Under the pieces are notes generated by a model. That model was not told the DNA's origin. It did not search any database and was given only the letters and a program-made list of their open reading frames with translations. A program made the position numbers and the translations under genes. From Eledone cirrhosa (taxonomy: Eukaryota), in the NCBI GenBank assembly GCA_964016885.1, contig OZ024743.1, positions 39,742,001-39,806,000 on the forward strand: a stretch of DNA of 64,000 nucleotides, read 5' to 3'. This document shows positions 60,649 through 64,000 of this stretch, piece after piece. Every line of letters begins with the position of its first letter. The stretch's first letter is position 1.

Positions 60649-61006
60649 CAAAACATGAGACAGATGATTATATTTGTGTGATATGCCACTCATACACTTA
60701 TCTGTACCTATACAATTACACGTATGGAGCTACAAATCGTATATATATCACGATGAATTTAACGAATAAACTACACGGATTTATGAAGGACTTAATTAAT
60801 TGTAGCTAGTAGTGATTGGAAATACAAAGATTTAGATACTGTTGTTGATATGGAAAATTGTAACGTAGCTTCTAGTGTAATAAGCTAATTTAGTAGAATG
60901 GCATTGCAAAATCAATTTTATGATATAAAGCTACGATTACGTTGGAGTAAACAATGTGTTTGATATTATAAACAAATATACATAAGTGTGTGCGTATATA
61001 TATATA

Positions 61007-61079
<73 letters not shown>

Positions 61080-61213
61080 GCACAAATACATATGCATATA
61101 CATACACATATACCAATACCTATTTATATATATATATGTATATATATATAAGTATATATATATATCTATATATATATATGTATATATATATAAAATATAT
61201 ACATATATAAATG

Positions 61214-61269
<56 letters not shown>

Positions 61270-61313
61270 TATATACATATATATATACATATATATATAA
61301 GCATATATTTATA

Positions 61314-61459
<146 letters not shown>

Positions 61460-61527
61460 ATATATATATAAATATATAATATATATATATATATGCACAC
61501 ATACATATGCATATACTTACACATATA

Positions 61528-61564
<37 letters not shown>

Positions 61565-61568
<4 letters not shown>

Positions 61569-62263
61569 GATATTAACAAATGGAAACTATATTTATAAAA
61601 CCATATTTATTTTATTATACACATTTCAAGGATACCACGTTAAATTATGGTATGCTTTCATCAGACAAAATACAATATATATCAGTTTTATAAATAAATA
61701 TTGACATACCCTTAAAAAATGCAACCATTACAGTTGGAAGCTCCAGGATAGTGGAGTTGTTTAGTTATATTAGTATTGGATAAGTCGTTGGGTTACAGAG
61801 AAGGAAAAAGTCGGAGAGGGAGAAAAAGATAGAAAGAAGGAAAAAAGAAAAAAGAGAGACACGTTAGAGAGATACCAAAATAACAGATAGAGAGAAAAAA
61901 CAGAGAGAAAAAAACATCTCCCTCTCCGTCTTTTTCCTTCTCTGTAACCCAACGACTTATCCAATACTAATATAACTAAACAACTCCACTATCCTGGAGC
62001 TTCCAACTGTAATGGTTGCATTTTTTAAGGGTATGTCAATATTTATTTATAAAACTGATATATATTGTATTTTGTCTGATGAAAGCATACCATAATTTAA
62101 CGTGTTATCCTTGAAATATGTATAATGAAATAAATATGGTTTTATAAATATAGTTTCCATTTGTTAATATCGTATGTTTACTCCAAATACTTGTTGAGTG
62201 CTTTATATCAGATATAAAAATATTTGCTTATTGTATCCCAACAATTTAAATAGAACTTTTGCA
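61565..62263. mobile_element. Fold-back hammerhead element related to 51792 (arms about 61565-61823 / 61917-62175, purine-rich spacer, tail to about 62263)
   Basis: The ~260-bp arms are nearly identical. Both carry TATTTTGT-CTGATGA-AAGCATACCA...TATCCTT-GAAA...TA-AT(A/G)AAATA (plus-strand core 62076-62124, minus-strand span about 61608-61672). The tail reads ACTCCAAATACTTGTTGAGTGCTT. Confidence 0.85.
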
Positions 62264-62270
62264 TATATAT

Positions 62271-62502
62271 ATATTGTTATACTCTGGGAGGGTCATGTTG
62301 CCAATAAGAAAGACATGCACTAGCTGCTTTCACTCCAATTTATATTAAATTAAATTTATAAATTTTATTTATAACAAATTGGAGTGAAGCACTGGTGCGT
62401 GTGTTTCTTATTGGCAACATGACCCTCCCAAAGTATAACAATATCGGTTTCAACACACGTTTTCAGATAAAGAATCTTGCTAAACAAATTGAGAAACAGA
62501 AT
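62271..62502. mobile_element. Fold-back palindrome (62271-62444) of the Penelope 3' terminus plus tail
   Basis: The right arm CTGGTGCGTGTGTTT...TTGGCAACATGACCCTCCCAAAGTATAACAATA matches 57450-57502. A further related end lies at about 2820-2850 on the minus strand. Confidence 0.85.
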
Positions 62503-62521
62503 ATATATATATATATATATA

Positions 62522-62617
62522 TAAACATTTACATATACCCCAATTAAACAAAATCATAGAAATATATGCGTTTATATCTCTGACTTTGTTCAATTGGGGC
62601 ATATGTAAATATTTATA
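62522..62617. repeat. Short fold-back (~45-bp arms) starting at a TA tract
   Basis: TAAACATTTACATATACCCCAATTAAACAAA pairs with TTTGTTCAATTGGGGCATATGTAAATATTTA. It is followed by ATCTC...GAGATGC. Confidence 0.65.
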
Positions 62618-63167
62618 TTTAATAATCTCCCATAGGTTGAGATGCAATTTGTGCAATATTGGTCTGCGCTTTCTCGCAACCAACCCACTCGCCGTAAGCA
62701 ACCAATCAAATGCTTTCTGACTTGTCCACTGCCACGTCACAGTTCTCAGCCATATTGAATTCGTGTTTGGCGGGGGCTACTTCAGAAAATAATCTGTCCT
62801 AGCGAGTTTGTCCCCTGACGAGTTCGAAACTCGAAATTTATCCTTAATAGGTTATCTCAAAATGAGAATGAATCCCAGGGGTAGGGATGTATTCCTGGTA
62901 TGTATATAAACATTTCTAACTTTAATGTTTTACCTAATTCCAGGTGCTGTTGAAATGTTAGGTAAATATTCTGTAGCGGTTGGCGGCGAATAGGCTGCTA
63001 TGGTTTATTTATTTACAGTTTCTTCATATGTGTCTTTTAATCTTATAGCCTGGTCTAATTGATTTTTTATGTAGTTAATTATGCTAATTGGGAGAGGAAA
63101 TGATGTATATATATATTATCAAATGGTTCTATGGACATACTTTACTTTATAGTATATATATATATAA

Positions 63168-63424
<257 letters not shown>

Positions 63425-63688
63425 GTAGAAAACCAGTCATAGAAGTAAATGAGAAGAGAAATGAGAACTTAATATAAATCTATATTACTAGATTGATATT
63501 TAGTGTGTGTTGTGCAACTTTTGTATCTAGTCTGGTAATCAGATAATTGCGACCATCGAAACAAAATGTCTTATTTAGTAGTCGAATATATATCAAGCTA
63601 AATAGCAGGCATATATGAAATTAAATCAATATATGTGATAGTGGAACACTGTCTATAATTTAAAACCTTTGATGTAACAACAGGCAGA

Positions 63689-63767
<79 letters not shown>

Positions 63768-64000
63768 AATGTGTGTATGTATGAGAGAATGTGTGAGAAC
63801 GTGTGTGTGTGTGTGTGGCAGAGAATGCGTGTGTGTGTGCGTATGTATGTGTGTGTATTTGGTTTAATGTGCGTAGATATATAAACAATGGTAAAACGTG
63901 TAGAGTATGGGTTGCTTAATTAGATGTCTATATTTGATCATTACCAACACCATACAGTGTCTGGCTAATATTGACACGCTTAAATATATAATTATTTATT

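Noticed and set aside
62805-62845. CTGACGAGTTCGAAACTCGAAA hammerhead-like string
   Set aside because: Core words are present, but stems I and III cannot be formed convincingly.

Overview
This is AT-rich, microsatellite-saturated animal DNA. Its tRNA-derived Meta-domain SINEs resemble those of octopod cephalopods, but that assignment is an inference. No intact host gene is supportable, and almost all ORF-track entries are translations of (TA)n, (CA)n or (GAT)n repeats. Recognisable elements are two Penelope-like retroelements (PLEs, RT and/or GIY-YIG, Neptune-like), two decayed RTE-type LINEs, an RTE-like 5' leader with a candidate HDV-like ribozyme, a decayed mariner transposase, a probable non-autonomous Helitron, a fold-back element and about 15 SINE copies. 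The main observation is a recurring non-coding architecture, seen in at least 8 unrelated sequence families, that sits in (TA)n tracts: an inverted arm, a sense arm often carrying a type I hammerhead ribozyme core and an AATAAA-like signal, then a short unpaired tail often carrying an ACTC...GAGT hairpin. Several copies are near-perfect palindromes with hammerheads on both strands. One family matches the 3' end of the local Penelope element. Another forms head-to-tail ~430-480 nt hammerhead monomers resembling retrozymes. Coordinates were read by eye and may be off by a few bases.
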